The notes beneath the pieces were generated by a model, which saw only the letters and a program-made list of their open reading frames with translations, made no database searches and was not told the origin of the DNA. Shown here in pieces: positions 12,201 through 27,100 of a DNA stretch of 64,000 nt. The position numbers were made by a program, and so were the translations under genes. This stretch comes from Eledone cirrhosa. Lineage: Eukaryota. Each line of letters opens with the position of its first letter. Within the stretch, counting starts at the first letter, position 1. The stretch lies in assembly GCA_964016885.1 (NCBI GenBank), contig OZ024744.1, forward strand, positions 11,718,001-11,782,000, given 5' to 3'.

Positions 12201-15200
12201 TTGTACTCCAATATGTTGTATTGTTATACTCCAATATGTTATGTTGTTGTACTCCAATATGTCATGTTGTTGTACTCCAATATGTTTTGATGTTGTACTC
12301 CAATATGTTGTGTTGTTGTACTCCAATATGTTTTTATGTTGTACTCCAATATGTTGTGTTGTTGTACTCCAATATGTTGTGTAGTCGTACTCCAATATGT
12401 TGTGTTGTTGTACTCCAATATGCTGTGATGTTGTACTCCAATATGATGTGCTGTTGTACTCCAATGCGTTATGTTGTTGTACTCCAATATGCTGTGTTGT
12501 TATACTCCAATATGTTGTGTTGTTGTACTCCAATATGTTGTGTTGTTGTACTCCAATATGTTGTGTTGTTGTAATCCAATATCTTGTGTTGTTATACTCC
12601 AATATGTTGTGCTGTTGTACTCCAATATGTTGAGTTGTTATACTCCAATATGTAGTGTTGTTATACTCCAATATGTTGTGTTGTTGTACTCCAATCTGTT
12701 GCGTTATACTCCAATATGTTGTGTTGTTATACTCCAATATGTTGTGTTGTTATACTCCAATATGTTGTGTTGTTTTACTCCAATATGTTGTATTGTTGAT
12801 CTCCAATATGTCATATTATACTCCAATAAGTTGTGTTCTTGTACTCCAATATGTGTTGTTGTTGTACTCCAATATGTTGCGTTGTTGTACTCCAATATAT
12901 CATGTTGTCGTACTCCAATATGTCATGTTATACTCCAATATGTTTTGATGCTGTACTCCAATATGTTGTGTTGTTGTACTACAATATGTTGTGTTGTTGT
13001 ACTCCAATATGTTGTGTTGTTATACTCCAATATGGTGTGCTGTTGTACTCCAATATGTTGTGTTGTTGTACTCCAATATGTTGTGCTGTTATACTCCAAT
13101 ATTTTGTGTTGTTATACTCCAATATGTGGTATTGTTGTACTCCAATATGTTGTGCTGTTGTACTCCAATATGTTGTGTTGTTATACTCCAACATGTTGTG
13201 TTGTTATACTCCAATATGTTGTGTTGTTATACTCGAATATGTTGTGTTGTTATACTCGAATATCTTGTGTTGTTATACTCGAATATGTTGTGCTGTTGTA
13301 CTCCAATATGTCGTGTTGTTGTACTCCAATATATCATGTAGTTGTACTCCAATATTTCGTGTTGTTGTACCCCAATATGTAGTGTTGTTTATATTCCAAT
13401 ATGTTTTGCTGTTGTACTCCAATATGTTGTGTTGCTGTACTCCTATATGTTGTGTTGTTATTCTCCAATATGTTGTGTTGTTGTACTCCAATCTGTTGTG
13501 TTGTTATACTCCAATGTGTTGTGTTGTTATACTCCAACATGTTGTGTTGTTATACTCCAATATTTCGTGTGGTTGTACTCCAATATGTCATGGTGTTGTA
13601 CTTCAATATGTCGTGTTGTTGTACTCCAATATGTTGTCTTGCTGTACTCCAATCTGTTGTATTGTTGTACTTCAATATGTTCTGTTGTTGTACTCCAATA
13701 TATTGTGTTGTTGTACTCCAATATGTTGTGTTGTTGTACTCCAATATGTTGTGCTGTTGTACTCCAATATGATGTGCTGTTGTACTCCAATATGTTGTAT
13801 TGTTGTTCTCCAATATGTCATGTTATACTCCAATAAGTTGTGTTCTTGTACTCCAATATGTTGTGTTGCTGTACTCCAATATATCATGTTGTCGTACTCC
13901 AATATGTCATGTTATACTCCAATATGTCATTGTTGTACTCCAATATGTCGTGTTGTTGTACTCCAATATGTCGTGTTGTTGTACTCCAATATGTTGTGTT
14001 GTTGTACTCCAATATGTTGTGTTGTTGTACTCCAATATGTTGTGTTGTTATACTCCAATATGTTATATTGTTGTACTCCAATATGTCATGTTGTTGTACT
14101 CCAATATGTTTTGATGTTGTACTCCAATATGTTCTGTTGTTGTACTCCAATATGTTTTGATGTTGTACTCCAATATGTTGTGTTGTTGTACTCCAATATG
14201 TTGTGTAGTCGTACTCCAATATGTTGTGTTGTTGTACTCCAATATGCTGTGATGTTGTACTCCAATATGATGTGCTGTTGTACTCCAATGCGTTGTGTTG
14301 TTGTACTCCAATATGCTGTGTTGTTATACTCCAATATGTTGTGTTGTTATACTCCAATATGTTGTGTTGTTATACTCCAATATGTTGTGTTGTTTTACTC
14401 CAATATGTTGTATTGTTGATCTCCAATATGTCATATTATACTCCAATAAGTTGTGTTCTTGTACTCCAATATGTGTTGTTGTTGTACTCCAATATGTTGC
14501 GTTGTTGTACTCCAATATATCATGTTGTCGTACTCCAATATGTCATGTTATACTCCAATATGTTTTGATGCTGTACTCCAATATGTTGTGTTGTTGTACT
14601 ACAATATGTTGTGTTGTTGTACTCCAATATGTTGTGTTGTTATACTCCAATATGTTGTGCTGTTGTACTCCAATATGTTGTGTTGTTATACTCCAATATG
14701 TAGTGTTGTTATACTCCAATATGTTATGTTGTTGTACTCCAATCTGTTGTGTTGTTATACTCCAATATATTGTGTTGTTATACTCCAATATGTTGTGTTG
14801 TTTTACTCCAATATGTTGTGTTGTTGTACTCCAATATGTTGTATTGTTGTTCTCCAATATGTCATGTTATACTCCAATAAGTTGTGTTCTTGTACTCCAA
14901 TATGTTGTGTAGTTGTACTCCAATATGTTGTGTTGTTGTACTCCAATATATCATGTTGTCGTACTCCAATATGTCATGTTATACTCCAATGTGTCATTGT
15001 TGTACTCCAATATGTCGTGTTGTTGTACTCCAATATGTCGTGTTGTTGGACTCCAATATGTTGTGTTGTTATACTCCAATATGTTGTGTTGTTGTACTCC
15101 AATATGTTGTGTTGTTATACTCCAATATGTTATGTTGTTGTACTCCAATATGTCATGTTGTTGTACTCCAATATGTTTTGATTTTGTACTCCAATATGTC

Positions 15201-18196
15201 GTGTTGTTATACTCCAATATGTTATGATGTTGTACTCCAATATATTGTGTTACTCCAATATTTCCAATATGCCATGTTGTTATACTCCAATAGGTTGTGT
15301 TGTTGTACTCCAATATGTCATAGGGGTTGTACTCCAATATGGTGTGTTGTTGTACTCCAATATGCTGTGTTGCTGTACTCCAATAGGTTGTGTTGTTGTA
15401 CTCCAATATGCGGTGTTGGCTGTGCTCCAATACGTTGTGTTGTTGTACTCCAATATGTTGTGCTGCTGTACTCCAATATGTTGTGTTGTTGTACTCCAAT
15501 ATGTTGTGTTGTTGTACTCCAATATGTTGTGTTGTTGTACTCCAATCTATATCGCTGTTGTACTCCAATATGTTGTGTTGTTGTACTCCAATATGTTGTG
15601 CTGTTGTACTCCAATATGTTGTGATGTTGTACTCCAATATTTTGTGCTGTTATACTCCAATATATTGTGTTGTTATACTCCAATATGTTGTGTTGTTGTA
15701 CTCCAAAATATTGTGTTGTTATACTCCAATATGTTGTGTTGTTATACTCCAATATGTTGTGCTGTTATACTCCAATATGTTGTGTTGTTGTACTCCAATA
15801 TGTTGTGCTGTTATACTCCAATATTTTGTGTTGTTATACTCCAATATGTGGTATTGCTGTACTCCAATATGTTGTGCTGTTGTACTCCAATATGTTGTGT
15901 TGTTATACTCCAACATGTTGTGTTGTTATACTCCAATATGTTGTGTTGTTATACTCGAATATGTTGTGTTGTTATACTCGAATATCTTGTGTTGTTATAC
16001 TCGAATATGTTGTGCTGTTGTACTCCAATATGTCGTGTTGTTGTACTCCAATATATCATGTAGTTGTACTCCAATATTTCGTGTTGTTGTACCCCAATAT
16101 GTAGTGTTGTTTATACTCCAATATGTTTTGCTGTTGTACTCCAATATGTTGTGTTGCTGTACTCCTATATGTTGTGTTGTTATTCTCCAATATGTTGTGT
16201 TGTTATACTCCAATGTGTTGTGTTGTTATACTCCAATATGTTGTGTTGTTGTAGTCCAATATGTTGTGTTGTCGTACTCCAATATGTTGTGTTGTTATAC
16301 TCCAATATTTCGTGTGGTTGTACTCCAATATGTCATGGTGTTGTACTTCAATATGTCGTGTTGTTGTACTCCAATATGTTGTCTTGCTGTACTCCAATAT
16401 GTTGTGTTGTTGTACTCCAATATCTTGTGTTCTTATACTCCAATATGTTGTGTTGTTATACTCCAATATGTTGTGTTGTTGTACTCCAATATGTTGTGCT
16501 GTTTTACTCCAATATGTTGTGTTGTTGTACTCCAATATGTTGTATTATTTTTCTCCAATATGTCATGTTATACTCCAATAAGTTGTGTTCTTGTACTCCA
16601 ATATGTTGTGTTGTTGTACTCCAATATATCATGTTGTCGTACTCCAATATGTCATGTTATACTCCAATATGTCATTGTTGTACTCCAATATGTCGTGTTG
16701 TTGTACTCCAATATGTCGTGTTGTTGTACTCCAATATGTTGTGTTGTTGTACTCCAATATGTTGTGTTGTTGTACTCCAATATGTTGTGTTGTTATACTC
16801 CAATATGTTATGTTGTTGTACTCCAATATGTCATGTTGTTGTACTCCAATATGTTTTGATGTTGTACTCCAATATGTTGTGTTGTTGTACTCCAATATGT
16901 TTTGATGTTGTACTCCAATATGTTGTGTTGTTGTACTCCAATATGTTGTGTAGTCGTACTCCAATATGTTGTGTTGTTGTACTCCAATATGCTGTGATGT
17001 TGTACTCCAATATGATATGCTGTTGTACTCCAATGCGTTGTGTTGTTGTACTCCAATATGCTGTTTTGTTATACTCCAATATGTTGTGTTGTTGTACTCC
17101 AATATGTTGTGTTGTTGTACTCCAATATGTTGTGTTGTTGTAATCCAATATCTTGTGTTGTTATACTCCAATATGTTGTGCTGTTGTACTCCAATATGTT
17201 GAGTTGTTATACTCCAATATGTAGTGTTGTTATACTCCAATATGTTGTGTTGTTGTACTCCAATCTGTTGCGTTATACTCCAATATGTTGTGTTGTTATA
17301 CTCCAATATGTTGTGTTGTTATACTCCAATATGTTGTGTCTTTTTACTCCAATATGTTGTATTGTTGATCTCCAATATGTCATATTATACTCCAATAAGT
17401 TGTGTTCTTGTACTCCAATATGTGTTGTTGTTGTACTCCAATATGTTGCGTTGTTGTACTCCAATATATCATGTTGTCGTACTCCAATATGTCATGTTAT
17501 ACTCCAATATGTTTTGATGCTGTACTCCAATATGTTGTGTTGTTGTACTACAATATGTTGTGTTGTTGTACTCCAATATGTTGTGTTGTTATACTCCAAT
17601 ATGTTGTGCTGTTGTACTCCAATATGTTGTGTTGTTATACTCCAATATGTAGTGTTGTTATACTCCAATATGTTGTGTTGTTGTACTCCAATCTGTTGTG
17701 TTGTTATACTCCAATATATTGTGTTGTTATACTCCAATATGTTGTGTTGTTTTACTCCAATATGTTGTGTTGTTGTACTCCAATATGTTGTATTGTTGTT
17801 CTCCAATATGTCATGTTATACTCCAATAAGTTGAGTTCTTGTACTCCAATATGTTGTGTTGTTGTACTCCAATATGTTGTGTTGTTGTACTCCAATATAT
17901 CATGTTGTCGTACTCCAATATGACATGTTATACTCCAATATGTCGTTGTTATACTCCAATATGTCATGATGTTGTACTCCAATATGTCATGTTCTTGTAC
18001 TCCAATATGTCGTGTTGTCGTACTCCAATATGTTGTGTTGTTGTACTCCAATATGTTGTGCTGTTGTACTCCAATATGTTGTGTTGTTGTACTCCAATAT
18101 GTTGTGTTGTTATACTCCAATATGTTGTGCTGTTGTACTCCAATATTTCGTGTTGTTGTACTCCAATACGTCGTGTTGTACTCCAATATGTTGTGT
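9240..18196. repeat. Higher-order repeat copy 2 (8957 bp)
   Basis: The phase marker GTTGTTGTACTCCAATGTGTCTTG occurs near 17, 9256 and 18213. The order of diagnostic monomers (CCAAAAGGCC, three TACTCGAAT, CATAGGGG, TCTATATCGC) is the same as in copy 1. Confidence 0.9.
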
Positions 18197-21100
18197 TGTT
18201 ATACTCCAATATGTTGTTGTACTCCAATGTGTCTTGTTGTTGTACTCCAATATGTTTTGATGTTGTACTCCAATATGTTGTGTTGTTGTACTCCAATATG
18301 TTTTGATGTTGTACTCCAATATGTTGTGTTGTTGTACTCCAATATGTTGTGTAGTCGTATTCCAATATGTTGTGTTGTTGTACTCTAATATGTTTTGTTG
18401 TTATTCTCCAATATGTTGTGATGTTGTACTCCAATGTGTTGTGTTGTTGTACTCCAATGTGATGTGTTGTTGTACTCCAATATGTTGTGCTGTTGTACTC
18501 CAATATTTTTTGTTTTTTGTACTCCAATATGTTGTGTTGTTATACTCCAATATGTTGTGTTGTTATACTCCAATATGGTGTGTTGTTGTACTCCAATATG
18601 TTGTATTGTTTTCTCCAATATGTCATGTTATACTCCAATATGGTGTGTTCGTGTACTCCAATATGTTGTGTTATTGTACTCCAATATGTTGCGTTGTTGT
18701 ACTCCAATATGTTGTGTTGTTATACTCCAATATGTCGTGTGGCTGTACTCCAATATGTCATGTTGTTGTACTCCAATATGTCTTGTTATAGTCCAATATG
18801 TCGTGTTGTTGTACTCCAATATATCATGTAGTTGTACTCCAATATTTCGTGTTGTTGTACCCCAATATGTAGTGTTGTTTATACTCCAATATGTTTTGCT
18901 GTTGTACTCCAATATGTTGTGTTGCTGTACTCCTATATGTTGTGTTGTTATTCTCCAATATGTTGTGCTGTTGTACTCCAATGTGTTGTGTTGTTATACT
19001 CCAATGTGTTGTGTTGTTATACTCCAATATGTTGTGTTGTTGTAGTCCAATATGTTGTGTTGTCGTACTCCAATATGTTGTGTTGTTATACTCCAATATT
19101 TCGTGTGGTTGTACTCCAGTATGTCATGGTGTTGTACTTCAATATGTCGTGTTGTTGTACTCCAATATGTTGTCTTGTTGTACTCCAATCTGTTGTATTG
19201 TTGTACTTCAATATGTTCTGTTGTTGTACTCCAATATATTGTGTTGTTGTACTCCAACATGTTGTGTTGTTGTACTCCAATATGCTGTGTTGTTGTACTC
19301 CAATATGTTGTGTTGTTGTACTCCAATATGTTGTGTTGTTGTACTCCAATATCTTGTGTTCTTATACTCCAATATGTTGTGTTGTTATACTCCAATATGT
19401 TGTGTTGTTGTACTCCAATATGTTGTGCTGTTGTACTCCAATATGATGTGCTGTTGTACTCCAATATGTTGTGTTGTTGTACTCCAATGTGTTGTGTTGT
19501 TGTACTCCAATATGTTGTGCCGTTGTACTCCAATATTTTTTTTGTTTTTGTACTCCAAAATGTTGTGTTGTTATACTCCAATATGTTGTGTTGGTGTACT
19601 CCAATATGGTGTGCTGTTGTACTCCAAATCTCGTGTTGTTATACTCCAATGTGTTGTGTTGTTATACTCCAATATGGTGTGTTGTTGAACTCCAATATGT
19701 TGTATTGTTTTTCTCCAATATGTCATGTTATACTCCAATATGTCGTGTTGCTGTACTCCAATATGTCATGCTGTTGTACTCCAATATGTTTTGCTGTTGT
19801 ACTCCACCGTGTTGTGTTGTTGAACTCCAATACGTTGTGTTGTTGTTCTCCAATATTTTGTGCTGTTGTACTCCAATTTGTGTTGTTGTACTCCAATATG
19901 TTGTGTTGTTGTACTCCAATATGTTGTGTTGTTGTACTCCAATATGTTGTGTTGTTATACTCCAATATGTTGTGCTGTTGTACTCCAATATTTCGTGTTG
20001 TTGTACTCCAATACGTCGTGTTGTTGTACTCCAATATGTTTTGATGTTGTACTCAAATATGTTGTGTTGTTGTACTCCAATATGTTTTGATGATGTACTC
20101 CAATATGTTGTGTTGTTGTACTCCAATATGTTGTGTAGTCTTACTCCAATATGTTGTGTTGTTGTACTCCAATATGCTGTGATGTTGTACTCCAATATGA
20201 TGTGATGTTGTACTCCAATGCGTTGTGTTGTTGTATTCCAATGTGATGTGTTGTTGTACTCCAATATGTTGTGCCATTGTACTCCAATATTTTTTATATT
20301 TGTACTCCAATATGTTGTGTTGTTATACTCCAATATGTTGTGCTGTTGTACTCCAAATCTCGTGTTGTTATACTCCAATGTGTTGTGTTGTTATACTCCA
20401 ATATGGTGTGTTGTTGTAGTCCAATATGTTGTATTGTTTTTTTCCAATATGTCATGTTATACTCCAATATGTTGTGTTCGTGTACTCCAATATGTTGTGT
20501 TATTGTACTCCAATATGTTGCGTTGTTGTACTCCAATATGTTGTGTTGTTATACTCCAATATGTTGTGTTGTTGTACTGCAATATGTTGTCTTGTTGTAC
20601 TCCAAAAGGCCATGTTATCGTACTCCAATATGTCTTGTTATACTCCAATATGTCGTGTGGCTGTACTCCAATATGTCATGTTGTTGTACTCCAATATGTC
20701 TTGTTATAGTCCAATATGTCGTGTTGTTGTACTCCAATATGTCATGTAGTTGTATTCCAATATTTCGTGTTGTTGTACCCCAATATGTCGTGTTGTTTAT
20801 ACTCCAATATGTTTTGCTGTTGTACTCCAATATGTTGTGTTGCTGTATTCCAATATGTTGTGTTGTTATTCTCCAATATGTTGTGCTGTTGTACTCCAAT
20901 GTGTTATGTTGTTATACTCCAATATGTTGTGCTGTGCTACTCCAATATATTGTGTTGTTGTACTCCAATGTGTTGTGTTGTTATACTCCAATATGTTGTG
21001 TTGATTTACTCCAATATGTTGTGTTGTTGTACTCCAATCTGTTGTGTTGTTATACTCCAATATGTTGTGTTGTTATACTCCAATATGTTGTGTTGTTTTA

Positions 21101-24100
21101 CTCCAATATGTTGTGTTGTTGTACTCCAATATGTTGTGTTGTTGTACTCCAATATGTTGTGTTGTTGTAATCCAATATCTTGTGTTGTTATACTCCAATA
21201 TGTTGTGTTGTTGTACTCCAATATGTTGTGTTGTTATACTCCAATATGTTGTGTTGTGATACTCCAATATGTTGTGCTGTTGTACTCCAATATGTTGTAT
21301 TGTTGTTCTCCAATATGTCATGTTATACTCCAATAAGTTGTGTTCTTGTACTCCAATATGTTGTGTTGTTGTACTCCAATATATCATGTTGTCGTACTCC
21401 AATATGTCATGTTATACTCCAATATGTCGTTGTTATACTCCAATATGTCATGTTGTTGTACTCCAATATGTCGTATTGTTATACTCCAATATGTTTTGAT
21501 GTTGTACTCCAATATGTTGTGTTGTTGTACTCCAATATGTTGTGTAGTCGTACTCCAATATGTTGTATTGTTATACTCCATTATGTTGTGCTGTTGTACT
21601 CCAATATGTTCTGTTGTTGTACTCCAATATATTGTGTTGTTGTACTCCAATATGTCGTGTTGTTGTACTCCAATATGTCGTGTTGTTGTACTCCAATATG
21701 TTGTGTTGTTGTACTCCAATATGTTGTGTTGTTGTACTCCAATATGTTGTATTGTTATACTCCAATATGTTATGTTGTTGTACTCCAATATGTCATGTTG
21801 TTGTACTCCAATATGTTTTGATGTTGTACTCCAATATGTTGTGTTGTTGTACTCCAATATGTTTTTATGTTGTACTCCAATATGTTGTGTTGTTGTACTC
21901 CAATATGTTGTGTAGTCGTACTCCAATATGTTGTGTTGTTGTACTCCAATATGATGTGATGTTGTACTCCAATATGATGTGCTGTTGTACTCCAATGCGT
22001 TATGTTGTTGTACTCCAATATGCTGTGTTGTTATACTCCAATATGTTGTGTTGTTGTACTCCAATATGTTGTGTTGTTGTACTCCAATATGTTGTGTTGT
22101 TGTAATCCAATATCTTGTGTTGTTATACTCCAATATGTTGTGCTGTTGTACTCCAATATGTTGAGTTGTTATACTCCAATATGTAGTGTTGTTATACTCC
22201 AATATGTTGTGTTGTTGTACTCCAATCTGTTGCGTTATACTCCAATATGTTGTGTTGTTATACTCCAATATGTTGTGTTGTTATACTCCAATATGTTGTG
22301 TTGTTTTACTCCAATATGTTGTATTGTTGATCTCCAATATGTCATATTATACTCCAATAAGTTGTGTTCTTGTACTCCAATATGTGTTGTTGTTGTACTC
22401 CAATATGTTGCGTTGTTGTACTCCAATATATCATGTTGTCGTACTCCAATATGTCATGTTATACTCCAATATGTTTTGATGCTGTACTCCAATATGTTGT
22501 GTTGTTGTACTACAATATGTTGTGTTGTTGTACTCCAATATGTTGTGTTGTTATACTCCAATATGGTGTGCTGTTGTACTCCAATATGTTGTGTTGTTAT
22601 ACTCCAATATGTAGTGTTGTTATACTCCAATATGTTGTGTTGTTGTACTCCAATCTGTTGTGTTGTTATACTCCAATATATTGTGTTGTTATACTCCAAT
22701 ATGTTGTGTTGTTTTACTCCAATATGTTGTGTTGTTGTAGTCCAATATGTTGTATTGTTGTTCTCCAATATGTCATGTTATACTCCAATAAGTTGTGTTC
22801 TTGTACTCCAATATGTTGTGTTGTTGTACTCCAATATGTTGTGTTGTTGTACTCCAATATATCATGTTGTCGTACTCCAATATGTCATGTTATACTCCAA
22901 TATGTCGTTGTTATACTCCAATATGTCATGATGTTGTACTCCAATATGTCGTGTTCTTGTACTCCAATATGTCGTGTTGTCGTACTCCAATATGTTGTGT
23001 TGTTGTACTCCAATATGTTGTGCTGTTGTACTCCAATATGTTGTGTTGTTCTACTCCAATATGTTGTGTTGTTATACTCCAATATGTTGTGCTGTTGTAC
23101 TCCAATATTTCGTGTTGTTGTACTCCAATACGTCGTGTTGTACTCCAATATGTTGTGTTGTTATACTCCAATATGTTATGTTGTTGTACTCCAATGTGTC
23201 TTGTTGTTGTACTCCAATATGTTTTGATGTTGTACTCCAATATGTTTTGTTGTTATTCTCCAATATGTTGTGATGTTGTACTCCAATGTGTTGTGTTGTT
23301 GTACTCCAATGTGATGTGTTGTTGTACTCCAATATGTTGTGCTGTTGTACTCCAATATTTTTTGTTTTTTGTACTCCAATATGTTGTGTTGTTATACTCC
23401 AATATGTTGTGTTGTTATACTCCAATATGGTGTGTTGTTGTACTCCAATATGTTGTATTGTTTTCTCCAATATGTCATGTTATACTCCAATATGGTGTGT
23501 TCGTGTACTCCAATATGTTGTGTTATTGTACTCCAATATGTTGCGTTGTTGTACTCCAATATGTTGTGTTGTTATACTCCAATATGTCGTGTGGCTGTAC
23601 TCCAATATGTCATGTTGTTGTACTCCAATATGTCTTGTTATAGTCCAATATGTCGTATTGTTGTACTCCAATATATCATGTAGTTGTACTCCAATATTTC
23701 GTGTTGTTGTACCCCAATATGTAGTGTTGTTTATACTCCAATATGTTTTGCTGTTGTACTCCAATATGTTGTGTTGCTGTACTCCTATATGTTGTGTTGT
23801 TATTCTCCAATATGTTGTGCTGTTGTACTCCAATGTGTTGTGTTGTTATACTCCAATGTGTTGTGTTGTTATACTCCAATATGTTGTGTTGTTGTAGTCC
23901 AATATGTTGTGTTGTTATACTCCAATATTTCGTGTGGTTGTACTCCAATATGTCATGGTGTTGTACTTCAATATGTCGTGTTGTTGTACTCCAATATGTT
24001 GTCTTGTTGTACTCCAATCTGTTGTATTGTTGTACTTCAATATGTTCTGTTGTTGTACTCCAATATATTGTGTTGTTGTACTCCAATATGTTGTGTTGTT

Positions 24101-27100
24101 GTACTCCAATATGCTGTGTTGTTGTACTCCAATATGTTGTGTTGTTGTACTCCAATATGTTGTGTTGTTGCACTCCAATATCTTGTGTTCTTATACTCCA
24201 ATATGTTGTGTTGTTATACTCCAATATGTTGTGTTGTTGTACTCCAATATGTTGTGCTGTTGTACTCCAATATGATGTGCTGTTGTACTCCAATATGTTG
24301 TGTTGTACTCCAATGTTTTGTGTTGTTGTACTCCAATATGTTGTGCCGTTGTACTCCAATATTTTTTTGTTTTTGTACTCCAAAATGTTGTGTTGTTATA
24401 CTCCAATATGTTGTGTTGGTGTACTCCAATATGGTGTGCTGTTGTACTCCAAATCTCGTGTTGTTATACTCCAATATGTTGTGTTGTTATACTCCAATAT
24501 GGTGTGTTGTTGAACTCCAATATGTTGTATTGTTTTTCTCCAATATGTCATGTTATACTCCAATATGTTGTGTTCGTGTACTCCAATATGTTGTGTTATT
24601 GTACTCCAATATGTTGCGTTATTGTACTCCAATATGTTATGTTGTTATACTCCAATATGTTGTGTTGTTGTACTCCAATATGTCATGTTGTTGTACTCCA
24701 GTATGTCTTGTTATACTCCAATATGTCGTGTTGCTGTACTCCAATATGTCATGCTGTTGTACTCCAATATTTCGTGTCGTTGTACTCCAATATGTTGTGC
24801 TTTTGTACTCCAATATGTTTTGCTGTTGTACTCCACTGTGTTGTGTTGTTGAACTCCAATATGTTGTGTTGTTGTTCTCCAATATTTTGTGCTGTTGTAC
24901 TCCAATGTGTTGTGTTGTTATACTCCAATATGTTGTGTTGTGATACTCCAATGTGTTGTGTTGTTGTACTCCAATATGTTGTGTTGTTGTACTCCAATAT
25001 GTTGTGTTGTTATACACCAATGTGGTGTGCTGTTGTAATCCAATATGTTATGTTTTACTCCAATATGTTGTGTTGTTATACTCCAATATGTAGTGTTGTT
25101 ATACTCCAATATGTTGTGTTGTTGTACTCCAATCTGTTGTGTTATACTCCAATATGTTGTGTTGTTATACTCCAATATGTTGTGTCGTTATACTCCAATA
25201 TGTTGTGTTGTTGTACTCCAATATGTTTATTGTTGTTCTCCAATATGTCATGCTATACTCCAATAAATTGTGTTCTTGTACTCCAATATGTTTTGTTGTT
25301 GTACTCCAATATGTTGTGTTGTTGTACTCCAATATATCATGTTGTCGTACTCCAATATGTCATGTTATACTCCAATATGTCGTTGTTATACTCCAATATG
25401 TCATGTTGCTGTACTCCAACATGTCGTGTTGTAGTACTCCAATATGTTTTGATGTTGTACTCCAATATGTTGTGTTGTTGTACTCCAATATGTTGTGTTG
25501 TTGTACTCCAATATGTTGTGTTGTTATACTCCAATATGTTGTGCTGTTGTACTCCAATATGTCATGTTGTTGTACTCCGATATTTCGTGTTGTTCTACTC
25601 CAATATTTCGTGTTGTTGTACTCCAATATGTCGTGGTGTTGTACTCCAATATGTTTTGATGTTGTACTCCAATATGTCGTGTTGTTGTACTCCAATATGT
25701 TGTGTTGTTGTACTCCAATATGCTGTGTTGTTATACTCCTATATGTTGTGCTGTTGTACTTCAATATGTTGTGTTCTACTCCAATATGTTGTGTTGTTAT
25801 ACTCCAATATGTTGTGTTGTTGTACTCCAATATGTTGTGTTGTTGTACTCCAATATGTGATGTTGTTGTACTCCAATATGTCGTATTGTTGTACTCCAAT
25901 ATATTGTGTTGTTATACTCCAATATTTCGTGTTGTTTTAGTCCAATATGTCATGTTGTTTTACTCCAATATTTCGTGTTGTACTCCAATATGTCATGGTG
26001 TTGCACTTCAATATGTCGTATTGTTGTACTCCAATATGTTGTGTTGTTGTACTCCAATATGTTGTGCTGTTGTACTCCAATATGATGTGCTGTTGTACTC
26101 CAATATGTTGTATTGTTGTTCTCCAATATGTCATGTTATACTCCAATAAGTTGTGTTCTTGTACTCCAATATGTTGTGTTGCTGTACTCCAATATATCAT
26201 GTTGTCGTACTCCAATATGTCATGTTATACTCCAATATGTCATTGTTGTACTCCAATATGTCGTGTTGTTGTACTCCAATATGTCGTGTTGTTGTACTCC
26301 AATATGTTGTGTTGTTGTACTCCAATATGTTGTGTTGTTGTACTCCAATATGTTGTGTTGTTATACTCCAATATGTTATGTTGTTGTACTCCAATATGTC
26401 ATGTTGTTGTACTCCAATATGTTTTGATGTTGTACTCCAATATGTTCTGTTGTTGTACTCCAATATGTTTTGATGTTGTACTCCAATATGTTGTGTTGTT
26501 GTACTCCAATATGTTGTGTAGTCGTACTCCAATATGTTGTGTTGTTGTACTCCAATATGCTGTGATGTTGTACTCCAATATGATGTGCTGTTGTACTCCA
26601 ATGCGTTGTGTTGTTGTACTCCAATATGCTGTGTTGTTATACTCCAATATGTTGTGTTGTTATACTCCAATATGTTGTGTTGTTATACTCCAATATGTTG
26701 TGTTGTTTTACTCCAATATGTTGTATTGTTGATCTCCAATATGTCATATTATACTCCAATAAGTTGTGTTCTTGTACTCCAATATGTGTTGTTGTTGTAC
26801 TCCAATATGTTGCGTTGTTGTACTCCAATATATCATGTTGTCGTACTCCAATATGTCATGTTATACTCCAATATGTTTTGATGCTGTACTCCAATATGTT
26901 GTGTTGTTGTACTACAATATGTTGTGTTGTTGTACTCCAATATGTTGTGTTGTTATACTCCAATATGTTGTGCTGTTGTACTCCAATATGTTGTGTTGTT
27001 ATACTCCAATATGTAGTGTTGTTATACTCCAATATGTTATGTTGTTGTACTCCAATCTGTTGTGTTGTTATACTCCAATATATTGTGTTGTTATACTCCA

